64,000 nt of DNA from Psilocybe cubensis (taxonomy: Eukaryota). A model generated the notes under the pieces. The model had not been told where the DNA came from, did no database searches, and was given only the letters and a program-made list of their open reading frames with translations. The stretch is from positions 124,001 to 188,000 of the forward strand of contig JAFIQS020000014.1 in the NCBI GenBank assembly GCA_017499595.2, given 5' to 3'. How positions within the stretch are numbered: the first letter of the stretch is position 1; every line of letters starts with the position of its first letter. Position numbers and translations under genes: made by a program. Below, piece by piece: positions 59,927 to 64,000 of this stretch.

Positions 59927-62503
59927 ATGGCCTCTTCATCTTCCGCCACCGCCACCTTCGCCCAACGCCTTGCTGACTGGGAAAAAACCTTTACAGAGTG
60001 CTACCGCAATGGCGAAAGCGCGTTCAACACTCAGTTGGAGCAGCTCTACAGGGACTTGGTGAGTAATCGATATCCCTTGAGCATAAGACTTACTGAACAA
60101 AAAAAATTCATCCAAATAGGTTCCACTGTGTCAAGAACACGTCAGGGACGCGGCCAACTTCCGCCTCGTGGATTATGTCGCAAGCCCTGTCGTGTATTCA
60201 TACAAGACCAGCCAGGGCAAGGACGGCAAGCAGGTAGCAAGGTTCGAGGTCGACTGGGCAAATTTGCATCATCAAGTTGCAAATTTCAAGGCATACCAGC
60301 AAGGCCAGGAGGCACAGAGGAAGAGGAGGGAGGAGGAAGAGCAAGAGAAGAGGAGGGAGAAGGAGGAGCAAGAGGAGAAGGAGAGGCAGAGGGTGGAGGA
60401 GAGGAGGAAGAGGGAGGTGAGGAGGAAGAGGGAGGAGAAGAAGAAGAGGGAGGAGGAAGAGGAGAGGCAGAGGGAGGAGGAGGAGGAGAGGCAGAGGGAG
60501 GAGGAGAGGAGGAAGAGGGAGGAAGAGAAGCAGAAGGTGGAGGAGAGAAGGAAGGAGGAGAGGAGGAAGAGGGAGCAGGAGAGGAAGACCAGGGAGCAGG
60601 AGAGGCAGAAGGCGGAGGAGAGAAGGAAGAGGGAGCAGGAGCAGGAGCAGGAGACAGACGAGGAGAGGAACAAGGAGGAGACGGAGAAGAGACGGGCCAA
60701 GAAGGGCAAGGGCAAGGCAGTCGAACCCCCGGTGGAAGACGGACCCGTGACAGACGCCCACAAAGACAAGGGCAAACGGAAAGCGGCGGACCCCGTGGAG
60801 TCCATTCAGTTGGCTCCAGCGGACTACAGGGGCCCACGGACAAGGAAGGGGGAAATCATTCCCCACATCACCGCCTCCAACATGCCTGGTCACCCAGCGT
60901 ACAGGGAGAAGCTGGAAAGATTGGCGAAGTCCAAGCAGGGGAAGTTCAGGAGCAAAGCAATCATAGGAAGCCACACGGACAAAGACGCGGACGCCAACGT
61001 CGACGAGGACGATGAAGGCGATGACCAAGAGGCCCCGCCTACCACCCCCACCCGGAAGATGCTCACCCGGTCTGCAAAGAAGGACGCCAACCAGGACAAT
61101 ATCCCCCCCATCAGGAAGGCGCGGTCGAGATCCGAGAAAGCGCGCCAGGTGCCGGAGGGGATGGTGGATATGGTGGAAAGGTGCACGGGATGCACCAAAT
61201 TCAAGGTGCCGTGCCATGTCAAGGGAGAGACAGGCACTGAGCCTCTTGTCCCCGTAAAGCACCAATTTTGTGAGTCTTGCAAGTCTTGCAAGATTCACTG
61301 CAGTTTCTACCCGGGACGTTTCTACCCGGGACGCAACATTGTCGCCGGGCAATTCAACCTCTCGACGCCGCTGGGAAGTTACGGGGAGGTGTTGAAGTTG
61401 GAGGAGGGAGAGGATGTTCCGGCGAAGGGGAAGGCCGGGGAAGGGTCGTTCCCCGAGGATGTGGGAGAGCTGCTTGTGCAGCTGTTTGAGCGACAAGGCC
61501 GACTGATGGAACGGATGGATGGCCTTTCCGCGTCCATGACGGCGATAAACGCATGGATTGCAACGTTTGCCGAGACAAACTTGGCGGTGGAGAAGAGGAT
61601 GAAGACCGTCGAGGACAGCTTCCAAGAGCTGAAGGCCGAGTGGACCACGGCAAAAGAACAAGTGGCAGGAAACACTTCGCTTTCCGTCACGATGTTCAAC
61701 AACATCAAGCAGGCGATCCAGGACGTTCAGTACGTGGTTGGGGTTTTGCTGGAGCAGGATGAACAAAGGAATCCCGCCCCCAAACAGGCAGCAGAACCCT
61801 CCAAGACGGAGGTCGAACAAGAATCGGGTCCGTTGCGGACCCGTGAACCCACCTCTGCGCCACAATCCCCCAGCCCACCACCACCGCCAGCACCCCTCCC
61901 TTCCCCACCTCCACCTCCAGCAGCACCCATTCTCCCTTCCCCTCCTCCACCACCGCCAGCACCTGTCCTCCCTTCCCCACCCCCACCTCCACCCGCACCC
62001 GTCTTCCCTGCCGTGTCTGCGCCACCAACAGCGCTATTCTTGCCCGGTTCGACTCCAGAAGCGCCTTCGCCCCCCCCAGCTGGCCGACCCTCGCTCCCAC
62101 CGGTACCACCCGTCCTTTCCCTGTCTCCACCACCCCCTCTCCCAGCTCCACGTCCTCGAAGTTCGACGTCAAAGGCCGCACCGTTGTCAAAGGGTGCACC
62201 ATCGTCAAAGGCCGCGCCATCGTCATCGTCAAAGGCCGGCCCATCCTCAAAGGCTAAGCCATTGTCAAAGCTAAGCCATCCTCCAAGGCTGGGCCATCCG
62301 GGAATGGACACTCATCGGAGTTGTCTGATCCCTCGGACAGCGACGAGGTTGAAATTGTGGAGGAGGATGTTGAGATCGTGGCGTCCACGCTGCCCGCGTC
62401 GAACATAGCCACAAAGACAAGGGCTGGACGGAAGCGAAAGGCGGAAACGACTCTGGCTGAAGCATCGCGCTCGCCCAAAAAACCCAAGGCCCAAAAAAAG
62501 TAG
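59927..62503 (+). CDS. Hypothetical nuclear protein: E/R/K-rich helix, Zn2Cys6-like motif, coiled coil, Pro-rich region (exons 59927-60058, 60120-62503; apparent 1-nt frameshift ~62270)
   Basis: CTGCTKFKVPC...CESCKSCKIHC. The SKAxP repeats continue in a shifted frame into an acidic patch and an NLS-like GRKRK..PKKPKAQKK*. Confidence 0.7.
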
Positions 62504-62768
62504 TGTATTTCAAATCTTTGTAACTTTTTTTGGTCTCCTTTTTTGCCTTGTCTCATAGATTGCATTGTACAATTTTTAATATTTGGACTGTATATAGTTT
62601 TTACTCTCATGTGCTCATCTGTTTTATATCTCTCCCAAAAAGTAGCACTTGATGATTTTTAATGAACCCGCTTTCTGTTTTGATTTTGTGTGAAAACATG
62701 TTTGAGAAACATCAAGATAAGAATGAAAAGCATCACATTTAATAGGTATTATGAATCTACTTCAGCAG

Positions 62769-64000
62769 CTAGGCTTTCAAAGTTTTTTTTCTTTGTCTTT
62801 TACCTGCTACAACAAGCAGACTTGCTTCCTGAAGTGCTAAGGCATCCGAAGTCACATTCCTGCGGGCCCGTGTTTCATCCGTATCTGGACTTGTTACTGT
62901 CTCCACAAAGGCATCACAAGTCACGTCCCTGCCGGCCCGTGTATTATCCGTGTCTTGGGTTGTTCCTGTCTGAACTCCACTTTCTTCCACTGTGTCAAGT
63001 GGATCTGAGTAGGGCTTTGTTTTTTTCCTAGGTTGAATCCTTCTAGTTGGTTTTGGCTTAACTGGGGCCGGTACAGAACTCTCTTCATCGGGTCCGTCCA
63101 TTTCCGCCGTTCCGACATATGGCTTTGTTCTTTTTCTTGGCATAATCTTTCTAGCTGGCTTGGGAGGCGCCTCCTCAACCTCTGGAGTTGGGCTGGATGA
63201 TGGATTGACAATTGTTGGGCTGGATCTACTTGGTAGAGAGGGTGGCTCGCTAGATCTTGAAGGTGCGTCGGTAGGAGTCTCATCCGTCTCTGGCGTGACT
63301 TCAAATCTGGCAGTAGTGCGTGGCATCGCGGATGCCGGACTGCCCCGTCCATTATCAAACTCTGACAGATTGGATGATTCAGAGTCGCTTGAAGATTGGG
63401 TTTGAAGTCATATAGCTTTTTGCCTCAGGCGACGTTTGGTTATTGCTGCAGGAGGTGGAGGTATCGGGTGGGCTTCTAGGCCGTCAAACAAGTTGGACGG
63501 ATAGAGAGGTTCCATAATATCATAGCCATTTCCAAAACCCTTTGAAAATTTAAAGGGGATGTCTCCTTGGGCTTGACGGTCCCTCCATAGCTTGAGAATT
63601 GCAGAGGTTGACTCCAGGCGGAGCCGGCTCGGATCCGTCACGGGGATTGAACTTGGCCAATACTCTGGATCAATCATTTCTGCAGAACGCCTTTCAAGAG
63701 CATCCCAAGGAACACTTGAACCAGGCCTGTCCTTGGCTAAAGCTGTATACATAGTTAGCAAGTTTGTTGAGGACATAGACAAATTACACACCATAAACCT
63801 TGTTCATGTAAATTCTAATAATTGACTTTTGTGCATAAGCGACTTCTCTCCCAGTTGAGCCATAGATAGGACTAGGTACTATTGGAAATCCATTGCTGCT
63901 AAACTTGAGGGATTTTTCATGAAACGATGCATCTGGCAGTGCTGGATTGGCCACACCCTTCTCTATTTCTGAAATGTGGACGAGGTATTGAACAAACGCT
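62769..64000 (-). pseudogene. 3' part of a hypothetical gene running off the window, in-frame stop at ~63408
   Basis: VPWDAL...IDPEYWP...DPSRL...LWRDRQ segment, then TGA and an in-frame S/P/K-rich tail ending GKRQRKKTLKA*. Confidence 0.5.

Noticed and set aside
60198-62311. 555-aa and other antisense ORFs
   Set aside because: Antisense shadows of the GC-rich E/R/K- and Pro-rich plus-strand gene.

Overview
Intron-containing fungal DNA, most consistent with an agaricomycete (mushroom-forming basidiomycete), from a transposon-rich accessory region. The backbone is a tandem array of a ~186-aa leaderless Vps62/DUF946-like protein family: 5 apparently intact 3-exon genes and 4 broken copies or relics. 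Most copies share a 3'-UTR intron followed by a conserved hairpin motif, and several share an upstream CGGAAAT motif. The array has been hit repeatedly by mobile DNA. (i) A Copia element contains a nested TRIM. (ii) A 3.5-kb TIR element carries an HSP60 pseudogene. (iii) One family member is split by a three-level nest: a CpG-depleted chromodomain Gypsy inside a Mutator-like element inside a related Mutator-like element, both MULEs with 9-bp TSDs. The MULE protein has an unusual architecture: GCM-like DNA-binding domain, DDE transposase, USP/USPL1-like cysteine peptidase, PHD finger and Tudor-like domain. Also present are a MEF2/Rlm1-type MADS-box gene with duplicated flanks, a Mug135-like coiled-coil gene, several MITEs and a block of repeat-rich genes at the right end. 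All calls come from reading the sequence by eye; exon structures and domain names are not database-verified.
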